Shown in pieces: positions 17,701-30,191 of a stretch of 50,243 nucleotides of DNA. Position numbers and translations under genes: made by a program. This DNA is from Klebsormidium nitens. Taxonomy: Eukaryota > Plantae > Klebsormidiophyceae. The DNA is taken from contig DF237571.1 in NCBI GenBank assembly GCA_000708835.1, positions 1 to 50,243 on the forward strand, given 5' to 3'. Within the stretch, counting starts at the first letter, position 1. The number at the start of each line of letters is the position of its first letter. The notes beneath the pieces were generated by a model. The model was not told the origin of the DNA. It ran no database searches and saw only the letters and a list, made by a program, of their open reading frames with translations.

Positions 17701-20700
17701 TGACTACCACATATGTGCGTGCATCTTTTGACATCCACCACTCCAGCACCAGGTGTCACGTAAGCCAGGCCTATGTTACAGGCATTACAAGCTGGATCAA
17801 TCAACCCCTCTTACTTGTCAAAACGCAGACAACCCCTCTTACGTGTCAAGACACAAATGATGGGGTAAGACGTTCTTGCGCCCACACAATCCACATGCAC
17901 TTGGGCCCCTACAGCCCCTCTCTGTGGTTCCTGTAAGTCTCACCTTGAAGAGCAGGGCGCGGTGGCGGCAGAGACCGACGCGCAGGGTGCCAAGCGGCAG
18001 CACGATGCTGCCAATCTTGCTCTTGAGCTCCCAGCTGTCAAGGCGCCACGCATCCGCCAGCTCAGCCTCGCGCGCCACAACACCGCCCAGGTGTTCCGCC
18101 ACCATGATGCCCAGCTCGCGTGCCAGCGATGGGAAGTCCTCGTGCTTGAACCCCAGCTCAATGGCCTTGTTCTGCAATGTGGGCATGGGCATGGGGACGG
18201 GTGGGCACGGGTGGGCTTGCTATTTGCAATGGCGGGGGGAAGACAGCAGCAAGGTGAATGCAAGCAGCCGCCCCGGTGGGCCTGACAGTGGGCCTGACAA
18301 GCAATGCGCTCTCTCAAGGACTTGGCACTTTAGAAATACATCGACATACATCCAGAGCTGCAAGCAGATTGCGATCCAGAAGTTTGTACAAAGGAAAAGA
18401 AAAAAACAACACCTCTCAATGATACCTCTCAACCAAGTCCACTGAAGGACTCCTGATTTGTCCAGTGTCCATTTCAGCACTGCCTGTAAGCATGCCATGA
18501 AGCAACACAAACCCTCACTACCAAAGAAAGTACACAGAGATGAGCCCTGTACATTGACAAGCCTTGTTGACAGACCATGAAACGCTTACCTCCAGCGTGA
18601 GCAGGTCTGGGTCCTTGGGCTTGCCGTCCGACCCGTCAGAGCGGTCCACCAGGATGACCTCAAATTGTGTCTCCCCCGGGTGCACCCCCCGCAGCATGTC
18701 CAGGCTGGGCATGCGCCCGTACTCCTCAATCTCGGTGCACATGCTCCACATGGCCGGGCTCATGCCCCACACCTCATAGAAGCCATCCACCACCTTCTCG
18801 TCGTACCCCAGACTGTTGTTCACCTGCAGACCACAGCAACGGCACTCGTAAGCAGGCTGCCAAAGAGAGAGCCACCATTGCATTGAACAAACAGACAGAG
18901 CCGCTTCCAACAAACAAGGTCTATATTGAGCAGCCGGGCAACGAGGCAGCTCCTGAATCAGCTCCTGAATCTGATCCAGCAAGAGGCTTTTTCTACGTCC
19001 ACAACGTGCTTTGAATCTCTTTCAGCTTAACAAAGACTGAACGAGGTTCTGGTCAAGCTTTTGAAACACTGGACAAGCTCCTTAACCATGCCGCTTCCTG
19101 ACTGCAAAATCCAAGTTTCTGAGTGAAGCCCCTGGAACACATAAGCCTTGCACTGGGTTGCTTCCAACCTCGTGCACTGGCTATTGCCCGCATGCAGCGC
19201 TGCCTCACCCAGTATCGGTACGATGTGGCCTCCGCCTGGCTGAGCGCCTTGATGGTGCCCCCTGCGGACACGACCCCGCCCACCACGTTCTTCTCGAGCA
19301 GCTTCGACAGCTCCTGCTCCAGCTCGTCCATCGCGGCAGCCTCGCTCGTCACGCGCAGCGCAAGTGCCACCTGCGACAGCAACAGGATCCCCAATTGGCA
19401 GGCTGCCAGCGCGAGCTGAGGGTCCACAATCTCTGTCCTCCGTTCCATTGAGAGGAAAGAGTTTTCTAGAACGTGCTGGCAGTCAAGAGCAGTTTTTATC
19501 TGATATGCATAAACAACACCCTCACCTTGTGCAGTACATGTCGATGCGTCCGCTTAACCCTAGACATACTGTGCGCTTGACGACAAAGAACGCACGCTAG
19601 ATTTCAGCCCTTGAAGTCGTTCTTCGATAAGGCTATTGGCTACCACTCTCCCTACCTGCAGCTGATAGTTCTCCTCCTCCTTCTTGAAGTCAATTGACGG
19701 CTCCTCCGTGTCCATCAAGGCCAGAGCAGTGGACTGGCTGCCCCCCGCCGTCGAATCGCGCCCGCCCACAATCAGGGCGCGCGAGCTGCCCTCCGAGTTC
19801 CCTGACGATTGGCGGCTCATCATTGGGAATGGACCGTCTGACGTCTGCCCCGACGACTGCCTGCTGGACATGCTCCGTGCCAGCATGCTGTCCCGTCGCA
19901 AACCGTCATCCCAGGGAATGGTTTCCAGCGGCTCCTCCGAGCGTGAGCTATCATCCCGCCCGTACTGCTCATCCGAAGCCCTGCTGCTCGACTCAGAATA
20001 CCTCCTCCCCTCTGCGAGCCGCTCGTATCCACCATCCCGGCCTGTGCCGCCCCGCCCCTGCACTCCTCGACCTCTGTTGTAATCCGCAAACTGGGTGCCC
20101 GAGAGAGATCTGAACCATGCATCCCGGTTCGGGTCCTCCCCTGGCCGGGGGATGTTTCTAAGCGTTCTGGGAGCATCTGGGGTGTTGGCGTTGAGAGGGC
20201 TTGGCGTGGAGAGGCCCGAGATGTCAGCATCCAGGTTTGGAGGAGTGCCTGTGCTGCTGGCGGCCCCGCTCGCGTTGCGCAGCAACTCGCGCGCCGTGGA
20301 CGAGTCCCACTGGTCCAGCCGGTCATGCACGTTGCTCTGGAAGCGCTCCATGAACTGGGCGCGCGACAGCCCATTGGGCAGCCCCGACGGATGGCCCGAA
20401 AACGCTGCGCCTGCATCTTGGCGCCCCTGCTGCCCGTCCAACTCCCCCAGGCTGCCAGCAAAGCCTCGGCCATCGTCCACCAGTGCCCGATCCCCAAGAT
20501 CCAAGGCACTTATCCTGCCGGAGACACCAGGCGAGTGATGCATGGAGCTGCCATCATCGGACTGGGAGTGCGGCGAGTTCTGGCTGCTGTTGGCGGTAGA
20601 GGTGCGGCTCAAGCGCGACAGCTCTCCAGAGCCACGCCGGTCAATTGAGACCCGATACCCCGGCCGTCGCCGCTGCCGATTGAGAGTCTCCAGCATCTCC

Positions 20701-20966
20701 TCTGCGGATTTCCTTGCCGCATCATCAACCCCGGTGGCCGTATTCCTGTCAACCTCACTCTGCTGCCTCTCGTACCCTCGGGCCCCATGCGTTTCTCCAG
20801 AGACACTTCTGTCTCCATTGAGCTCATAAACCCGATAATCTCTTTGCGCCAGCACCGATTCAAGATCATTGCCTCTCCCCTCTTCCTCATCTGTGTGCAG
20901 CGGCCGTCTCTCCTCCTCACTCGCCCCCTGGGCTTCGTCGCCCCGGAGGAGCCCTTTCCACCACAT
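14733..20966 (-). CDS. CTR1: Raf-like MAPKKK of the CTR1/EDR1 (B3) type: long disordered N-terminus, EDR1/CN domain, C-terminal kinase (start could extend to 21098)
   Basis: EENYQLQ|[20 protein letters not shown]|[40 protein letters not shown]|[15 protein letters not shown]. Kinase: GAG|[57 protein letters not shown]. Stop TGA at 14733-14735 after ...APKAGGD. The symbol indicates family resemblance, not proven orthology. Confidence 0.92.
15531..15598. repeat. Imperfect 36-bp tandem repeat in a CTR1-like kinase intron
   Basis: TGAGTAGCggTCAtTGAGCACGTCTtCGGAAG and TGAGTAGCacTCAcTGAGCACGTCTcCGGAAG, period 36. Confidence 0.75.
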
Positions 20967-23710
20967 GTGCTTGGTGGGGGACTTGACTTCAAGTGGAGCT
21001 ATCTGCAACAACGCGTGTCCGGACATCGTAAGGCCAACGTCGATCCAATTGGCCTTTATGATAGAAGGAAAATTCTGCATATTCCAAATCTGTCCCACAA
21101 CAAGAGGACTACAAAAAGCATGTGGGAAGCAACTTCCTTGATGCTGTTGACTTTCAAAAGGGACTCTATGAGCTCAAAGAAGAGCATACAACTAGCTCCA
21201 CTGGAAATCCAACAAAATGTCAAGAGCGATCCACAAGATATGTAGGAGACTCTACATGTTAGGTTCACCGCAGGCGCTAGAGAAACTTACTGACAGGACA
21301 CACAGCATGCTTGCTTATGTTAACCCTGAGCATAGCTTCCCCAGCTGCTGCAAGTTGCTACACGCTGCACAGCGCACAGCAGGGCCTGGTATACAGCTTC
21401 TTCCTTGCTGCCGATGTCAAGGCAGCCGGACACCATCACAGAAATGCAACTCCTAGCGGTCATTTGAACATCCTAGCACGAGGCACTCACAGAATCCAGG
21501 TGATCTTAACCATCCGATTGCACAATTCTCTGACTATTATAGTTTCGGACTTCTCTTCATAGCCCAGATGAGAGGACGACCTCCCAAGACGACATTCCAG
21601 TACAGGTAATAATGCTGCGGCCTGCTCCCTGACCGAACAGCCTGGCAACTGCCCTCCACTGCCAGAGTCCACTTGCGCCAGCAGAAGTAGGCGCGGAACA
21701 AACAAACTGACTCTCAGAGTCTCGGTTGGTCCTTCAGCCAGCGCCGCAACTGCAGTGCCACCTGCTCCACCCCTACTACTACTAGGTACCTAGCCAGGTG
21801 CCTGGCGCTAGAAATCCCTTGGCAACTTGCTTCGAAGTTCGATATCGTTCTGTGACCCTTCATGAGCTTGTTACCGGGCGCTGACGCTGAACCGGTGGTT
21901 GGTACCTAGGTACCTTGGTAGGTACCTTACCGTCATCGTTTCGAACTTGCCTCCGGCAGATTTACAGAAATGAAACGCGCGAGCACCGGTCTACCCTACG
22001 GACACCGTAACGGTAAAGGTCAGGCCAAGTCAGGCAAGTGTCTGCAGTCGGGGGGCGAGCATTCCGGTGCCAGTGCCGCACCGTTTGTACTGGTCGAACG
22101 TCGGTACGGTACCGTATCATGTCCCGAAATGTTTGTTGGGGAAATCTTGGGGCCCCAAGGTCGAGATTCTGTTCGATTGTTGTTGCATCGGATCGCCGTC
22201 GGCGTCGGCCCATCCTTCTTGCAACAGCACCTTGGCCCAGGCTGGGCCTTGGGGTCCGACGGAGACGGTCACCCTGGGTGTTGGAAGTTTGTTGACTTGT
22301 GGCCTGCATTGAGCGGGCCCCAAACTGTGGCCTGAACTTTCCCGAAGTTCTCCAACTAGATGATGAAAGTTACAAGAAAGTGATGTTAGCACTTCTCTTC
22401 CTGGGTACTTCAGGTTTTGACCCCGTATAGTACTAACCTATCACATCGCATACGGTGCTTAAGGTACCTACCATTGCTGTTTGAAGTGGGCGTTGAGGTT
22501 GAAGGAACCCACGTGGCTGTCGCGGCGTCCTTCATGCGGTACTGTCTCCTCCCGTGTCGCTGTCAAATTTTCGCTCGTGCGGATCGAGGCGACATAAATA
22601 GAGGCATCCCTGGTGCGCGGTCGCTAAATGCGGATGCATCCGCTGACACCCTCTTTAAAGACTCGTACCAATATTTAACCTGGGGGCGGCCAGTACCATG
22701 TGCGCCCTGGGTACCTACCTACCTAGGTATCGGACCTCTGGAAGCCGCCCGGAATTTCAACAGTACCCGCATCACAGGGGTTCAGAGAAGTTTGTCAGCG
22801 ACAATATCGGGATACGAATCCCACTTCTGAGGTCATACGTGCTGGCGTCCGCCGTCGAGGCCCACCTGACGCCACGACATCCTGTCGAAGGTGGCGCTTC
22901 TCATTGGCTGCGTCGGCGGGCACACTGGAGCCAATGATACCCCATGCTCACCACGTGGTTTGCTTCAGCAGTTTGATTGGAGGCAACTGACACCTAAAGG
23001 TCAGGGCTCAGTGCTTCTCTCGTCGCAAACCTTGCAACATTCCTCGGCACAAATCATCGAATCTCAGCATTATATTCAACTAGATTGGCAGCACACTGTG
23101 CTGCACTCGGCATGCCATTTGATCGAATTACCATGTACATATTGCGCCGAGCGGGTTCAATGAGACCGTCGGATCTACGAATTTCGATCCCAACAGATTT
23201 TGATCCCTGATGATCAGGCTTTTGCTCTTGACACAAAATAGGCAGGAGCGTTCCGAGGCGACGGTTGTACCCCCTGGAGCGAGCTAAAATCGCAGTCGAC
23301 GGCCTGCGACTTTCAACCTCACGTGCAAACCCCCATCGGAGGGCCTGCGACCGTCGGCCGATCTACATGAACCGCATAATACGACAAACACTTGTGAATA
23401 TACTGTATTGTTTTCTAGCGTCAGCTACGAGAAACTACTCATAAATACTGCCCGATGCGTACACCGACTTTGCTATAGCACTGCGAACCTCCTGGAAAAA
23501 AGGTTGTCCAGCTTCTTCTCGCATAAGAGAATCGACGGATGTCTAAGGGTAACAAGGCGGACGAACAAGCGAGGGTCCCTAGGACGCGGTCGCCAAGAAT
23601 TTTGCGACGTCGTACTGCGGCATTGGACGACACCATTCCGGAGGCTTTCGCCATTTTCAATAACGCGTACGCTCGCGCGCATCCGGGGCGCACATGGGAC
23701 AGCAAGAAAA

Positions 23711-23758
23711 TGGCATGCCAAAAAGTGTATGCCATGGCATGCCAAAAAGTGTATGCCA
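23711..23758. repeat. Perfect 24-bp tandem duplication; each unit begins with the palindrome TGGCATGCCA
   Basis: TGGCATGCCAAAAAGTGTATGCCA x2. Confidence 0.9.
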
Positions 23759-24225
23759 TGCGAAGCCTACTGAGGGCCCTACTGACTGCAGCCTGCGTCT
23801 TTGAAAGGAGACCATGGCTTCATGTGCATAAGCCGGGCCCGGCCTTAAAATCGGGTCATCTAATCATCACATTGTCACATTTGAACGTGTCTTATGGTTT
23901 GCAATAAGGGATCGAGCGGATGTCAAATGCAGACCGTGCCATCAAAATATGATCTGTGTAAGCTAGAATGTTGTCATGATACACTATCTGTGCACAATCA
24001 TATAGACAATCGACCGTAAAGAAGCCTTTCAAGTCATGTCAGCGATCTTTAGACTTGAATGATGGGGCTTGAGCCTCATGATGCATAATGTGGTAGGACG
24101 AAATTGGCAATCCGCTGAATATCAAGGGAGTGAGAAGACTGGCATCGATTCGACCGCAATGGATGTGTCCTAGACCTTTCCTGCCAGACACGCGCCACTT
24201 GCGCCCACAGCTCAATGTGAGGTTT

Positions 24226-27200
24226 CTAACCACCCGTACGACTTCGTACGCACATGTGTCTACAAGCGGAGGAGGGAGATCGAGAACATTTCCTGCCCCT
24301 TTGCAGCACTAATCTCGAAAGCCAGAGGACATGGTCCTTACTTGAAGCTTTGGTTCTCATGCCACTTATATCCTGGCCCGCATTTTGCCAACTGAGCTTT
24401 TCATCGGACGGCCGCAGAAGCCCCGTTGAGCTTCCATCGGACGGTTTTAACAAAGATTTGGTGTGTGCTTTTTGGGTATTGTCAATGGCTTCCGCCAGGT
24501 TACGAAAATGGCGGAGTTCTATCTCCTCCTTCTTCCTGCATTGTTTGACACATGCAAGGCCTCGTCTGGACTGTCTTAGGTATGCTCTATCCAGAGGAGG
24601 GAGTGAATTTTTGAGTTCTGGTGCCATGCGAAAGCCTTTAAAAAGAGCCGCAAAAAGTGCACACCTTGGGTTAGCTGAATAGTGGTTTTGGCAAAATCCG
24701 GGCCAGGATATAAACAGCATGAGGTTACGGCCCTTGAAAGCTTTGAAGCATGATGTGCTTATACTCAGAGCTTACCTCCATCCGCCCATGCAATTAAAGG
24801 ACTTTGTTGGGTGCACTGTCAATCTACCTTATTCCCGACTGCCGCAATCGTTGGAGTTGCGGTAGGAGTGCCAACATTGACGACGTTTTGTCGTGCTCGT
24901 TGTGTTTGTTGTGATGCTATTGTTCGTGTATCACCACAACAACCCTACCAAACGCAGCTACCAAAAAGGTTTCAGGAGAGCCGTTTCTGTCCCATGTACT
25001 TGAGTACTTAAGGAGGCCAACCGAGCCTCAAGGTCCTTGCAGCGAGCTTCGTGCTTCTTGAGCTCTTTGCACTGAGCTGCTGACAAAGCAGCGCTCCGTG
25101 CATGTTTCAGCAACTCCGCCTCCAACTAGTTAGACACAATTGTTGGGTGTCAGTATACGGACTAACTTCAGCAGCCAGAATGAAAGAGCACGAAGCATTC
25201 TGGCAGGGCACTCATCAGGGGGCACGCCCATGGTTAGATGCACTGTTGGGCCACTCCACGTGGCGGAGTTGAGTCTTCGTCATTGGACGGAAGAAAATAC
25301 AGTCCTTCAGCGAGTTTTTCAAGACAAAACTAGGCCCGCTTACCTCTCGCACCTCATTCTGCAAGCGTTCTCTGTTGGCTCTCTCCCCGTCCAGCTCCCT
25401 CTTCAGCCCGGCCAGCTCCTCCTTCACTTGCCTGACTTCAATCTCCGAAGCCACTGCAGCTTTGGCCAGCTGCTCTCCCGCTTCCTTCCGGGCCTGCACA
25501 TGTCCACCGGAGCCATCCAAGATGGAGGTGAGTGTTCAAGCCCTTTGTCAGATGCGCCACCTTGCAAAAACGGACGCGGAATCACCGGTCCGCTATGCAC
25601 ACATGGTTACGATGCACAAATCAGAGTATCTAAGCTGCCGTGAAGCCCAGCAGGTGACTGGAAGCACGCCCCGTATGAGGCGACAGAAACCTGCACGGAT
25701 GCTGACAGCAATCCCGCAAATACAAGCTTTGCAGCATTTTAACCGAGGCCAGGAAACAAGGCCCGCTGCACATGCCCACTGCCTAACCCACATGGATTTC
25801 AGTCTTCCGAAACGATACGAGCAAGCGTGTTATTGTCAGTTCGGCTTTCGATGGCAAACGGCCTCGCTTAACTTCAACTTGACACCTCGAACTCTCTAGC
25901 TCCCTTCCGTCGACCATTCAAAAGACTTTCACCTCAAAGAGGACGTCCGAGGACCGACATTTTCGCAAAAAGACGACCTGCTCACTGGAAAAAGTCCTCA
26001 GCCCTCACCGCATCTGAATCAAGAATAGTCACCAAGCGTCACCGTTGGCTGTTTCTACGACGAACTGGCGTATCTGGGCACCGCTCTCCCGCTCTCGTGC
26101 TCCCCCTCACCTGCTCCTGGTGCCTGGCGAGCGCTGCCTGCGCCTGCGCCGCACTCTCCTCCGCCTGCTTCATCGCTTTGGCCAGCTCGCGGGCATCGAT
26201 TTGCGCAACAGACTGCATCAACGCCAGCTGCTCCTCTTTGGCGGCCGCAGCATCCCTTGCCATTTGCCTGCATCTCAGATAAGCGGGGGGTAAGGATAGG
26301 GGTCGATGCATCGGAAGCGAACAAGCACACAGACGGCCCTGTGCTCGCATCGAGAGGAGCATCAGAAAGACGCGTGGAATGGCAAGGCCCTGACCCTAAT
26401 GCTTCAGTCTAAGACACCACTGAAGCAATATTGAGTCGGATTGAAGAAAGCTCGCTGACCCTCATTGAACGCAGTGGTTTACGTGCTTTCCGAAAAGACT
26501 TCACACTGACATCTTTGCAGAACGACGGTCGAAAGATCGCAGTTGCAGGCCAGCAGCGACTCACAGCATGGAAATGAGCTGGCTCTTGGACAGCTTGTGC
26601 AGGTCCGCTGAAGAAGAAGGCGGCCCGGAACCCAGCCCGCTTCTGCCGGAGACAGCAGGGCCAGCTCCCCGCCCCAGCTGTCCTTGCTTGGGCCCCGGTT
26701 TGCGGGGGCTGGGGAAGAACGATTGGGGCCGGGCACGGGGTGTGGAGCGCTGGGAGGCAAAGCGGGGCGTCGCATTGGCCCACCCAAAGGGCGGCCCTAT
26801 GTGCCTGCCATAGTCCGTGCTGGAACTGGAACTCGCATGTGGGGCATGGAATTGGAAGCTGTCCTCGTCGGCGGTTCCAACATCCGACTCCCCTGACGTC
26901 TCCCGAGCCAGCGCAATCCCAGGACACGCCGCATCTAAGCTTTGAAACAAGCTGTGGTCTACTGGTCCTGGGTCTGTTGTCTCGCCACTTTGAAAGCTAG
27001 TCCGGCGGTTCAAAGGGCTCGCTTCTGGTGGATCGGGATGTATGACAACTCGAACCTCCCTCAATACTTCTCTAGGCTCCGTCCGCTCCTCCGCTGAGGT
27101 TTGCTGGTGCCCTTCGCAGTTGACACTCGCACCAGTTGCCTGCTCCAGGCTGCCTGAGGTCGGAAGTAAAGGAGGGGGGGTGGCAGGGGACGTCTCTCCT

Positions 27201-28688
27201 GATGAAAGCGGAGTCTCAAACGGTGTTTCCAAGCTGCTGTCATCGGGAACGGAGCCTGGCAACCACGAGGCGATGTCCATGTCCAGCTCTCTAAGACTGG
27301 TCGGAACCACTTGCGGTGAGGCTTCTACCACTGTTGAGGAGTCCCCTGAAGAATCGTTTCTTTGAAGCACATGCGCAGGCTGTGAAAGCTGCTGCGCCAT
27401 TCCTGCGTCTTCTTGTGGCTTTTGCTGGCTTGAAAGGGGAGTTGCCCGAGGATTGGTTGCAAGGACACACTCGGAACGCGTCGACGCGCGAGTGCCCAAA
27501 GGACTTTGAGGAACAGGGCTCTGCGTCAACTGCGCACTTTGGCCCCTCCCCAGATCTGGTGCTCTGCTCGCACCGCGCTGAAGTACAGGGCTGGTCTCGG
27601 GCACGCTGCTGTTGCGCCATGCGGAGGCCTTCAGCGACGCACTTGCTGCTTGGGCAAGGAAAGATGGTGAAACGAGGGTGGTGTATGACAAAGAACATTA
27701 CAAGAGAGAGCAACGACTAAGCATATCTTACAGGACAGAGAAATTCGATTGAATCGAGCGTGTTTGCAGAAGAAGGGTGCTAAAAGTGGGGCACCATCTG
27801 GTGCAGAGAAGCTTTGCTCACATCCAGAACCTGCTTGCAATGTGGCAATGTCTTCAGATTAGTGGGAGATCCTCAAGGTGTCCTCACCTGCTGCCACTGC
27901 AATGCATTCCATCCACCGGCTGAAACAGGGGAAGAACCGGATGGTGCCGTCAGAAAGGCACCAACTAACAACGTGTCAATGATAATTCCACCCAACCGTC
28001 AATCTTTTGTATCCTGACAAGCGGGCTTGATTGGGCTTTAAACAACCACTGCAGCTGCTTTCAACTGATTCACGACTTTCCAATGTGGCAGATGACAAGC
28101 CATGCGCTATTGTGAGAAAACACCTTAAGGAGAAGTGTTTGCAAGCTCTGGACCCACCATATGAGATAAAATTTCATGTTCACATCAGAGTACTCAAATG
28201 GTGCACACTTACTTGGCAACATCCACACTCTCCGCAGCTAGAACGAGGGACACGGAGGAGCTCCGCACGTAGAAACAGAAGTAATCCTGCACAAGCAGAG
28301 ATGATTGGCTTGAAAAGCTACACCAGCCAGGAAAAACAGCCAGGTGCCCCAGACAGGCGATTCAGGATTGTGAATGAGCTTCAGCTTCAGTTGACAGTGA
28401 GCTCAAGGATCATTGAGCAAGTTTGGTTTACTGCAACAATGGTGCATGAGCTTCAGCTTCAAAGTTCGTCAATCTTGTGGAGCAAGGACAGAACTAACTC
28501 ACCACATGCCTTGAGGGTGATTGCAGGGGCCCCACAGAGACATCAACAAGCGGAAAATATCCTTTCAAAACCTTATCGTCTTTACTCTCCTTATAAAGAA
28601 GCCGCCCATTCTTGTTATCCAGACGAAACCAGCGCTTTCGCCATCTTTTCAAAGTGTCGCTGCGTTTGAGCAAGTAACCTTCCTTCAT
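24226..28688 (-). CDS. PH-domain protein with a Ser/Pro-rich middle and C-terminal coiled coils (3' end uncertain)
   Basis: Exons join to MKEGYLLKRSDTLKRWRKRWFRLDNKNGRLLYKE...RHV|DYFCFYVRSSSVSLVLAAESVDVAN|RWMECIAVAA, a complete PH fold including the terminal Trp helix. A large low-complexity exon (about 27650-26565) follows, then heptad-rich exons near 26270-26110, 25500-25340 and 25125-25000. Confidence 0.8.
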
Positions 28689-28859
28689 TTCCTGCTTCCT
28701 CCAGTTGTCTTCTGTTCTCGAATCCTGTTGGCAATTCCTCTCCAGTTCAGGTACTCCTTACACCCCTTACGCCCTTGCTCTTGATCATCATGAACGTCAT
28801 GGGTTACATTCGCTGGCTCTCAACCAGGCCAAAGTCCCTCCCTTCTAGTGCCTCCAAAC

Positions 28860-29760
28860 TCTCTCAAATGCTGACGTCATAATTCCCAAAAGCGAAGAGA
28901 TACGTCATCCTACGCCCGGAGGTAATTCGACTACGATATTTTCGTACAAAACTTAGGGTTTTAAAATCCGCAAACTGACGTCATAAACTCTATTTTGTCC
29001 ACTATTATGAGCCCCTTCAACTGAGCTTGTCGAGCTGTGCGCTCTGAGTCTCCGGCGGCAACTTTTCACCTCTTCAAAAGCTGAGTAGCTTCCTCCTCTT
29101 CGCTACGACCTTTCGGGGACCTTTCTATCTCTTCTTCCTACTCATGTGCTGAGTGTGTGTTTCTTGCAAGGAAGTGCCGCGGGGACGCGCCCCCAAAGTT
29201 GCGCCTTGCTGCCCCCTTCTACCTCTCGCTTTGCTTGAAAAAGAAAGAAATGAAAGCCCTGTCGGATGTCCTCCCTAAGGTAGCTTGCAGTGCAGTCTTG
29301 AGCCTGTGCTGCCACGAGTCACGGTCGACTCAGCGCATGACGCGAAATGGCAGGGGCCGAGTGACATCACCGAAGTGAAGGTCGCTGCCTACGTCAGCAT
29401 ACCTTTAACGAGAAATGCGGCTCCCCTTCGCCCCCTGCCCGATTGAGTATTTCTTGCTGTTTCGAGTTGACTCGATACTTTGCGATACCCCCCAAGTGAA
29501 GCCTCTGCCTCTGCCTCTAGGTACCTATCTACTGGACGTAGGTCTGTAAGTTTGCAGGTCTCAACGATGACGTACTCATGACGCTGTCAGTGGTTAAGTA
29601 GCACAACACTAAAACCCTAAGGTCAAGTGAGAGCAGTAACCCGCTTTTGACCACCCTAAGGCGTTCCGCAATGGGCCCGCCCGAACCCACCCTAAACCGC
29701 CATACCCACCCCACCAAGATCAGTCGGTTATGGTGTTTGACCCTAAACCGCCAACGATCC
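28860..29760. promoter_or_regulatory. Divergent promoter region between the PH gene and the SAC3 gene, with telo-boxes, a site II element and TGACGTCA palindromes
   Basis: TTAGGGTTT (about 28953), AAAACCCTAA (29611), ACCCTAAACCGCCA twice (29689, 29740), TGGGCCC (about 29672) and TGACGTCATAA twice (about 28872, 28977). Telo-box plus site II is an established plant promoter module; function here is inferred. Confidence 0.5.
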
Positions 29761-30191
29761 CCCGGGCACTACTCACATGAGTCGGGGAACATTGCACAAC
29801 CGTTGCGATCATTCCACGTGTCCAATTCAAGCTTCCCGCAGTCGTCACCCGTGCGTCATAGATACCCTGGTACGGTACCGCCTCACTGGCAGAGAACGGT
29901 ACCGAGGTTCCGGCAGCCACGTGGGAGTTGAGACTTGCAAACTTACAGACTCTACTGATTTAAGTATCTGGCACTGAAGTCTGAAGTTCTGGAGTCTGAA
30001 CTCCGCGTGTGTGTAGAGCTACATTTCAAAGCGCAGAGCTACATTTCAGTTGACCTGTCAAAGACGCGCAACTTCAAGTTCAGAGTACTCATGGCGGCAT
30101 ACCTAAGACGGTCACTGGACTAGCATTTGTGGTGCTATGTGCATGTCTTGGAGGCGGCCTGGTTGGGTCTGTGGTTAGAACAAAACAAGGA

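Noticed and set aside
22670-22700. ATATTTAACCTGG resembling the U1 5' end, and CAGAGAAG (22783) resembling the U6 ACAGAGA box
   Set aside because: The downstream sequence matches neither snRNA, and no Sm site or conserved stems were found.
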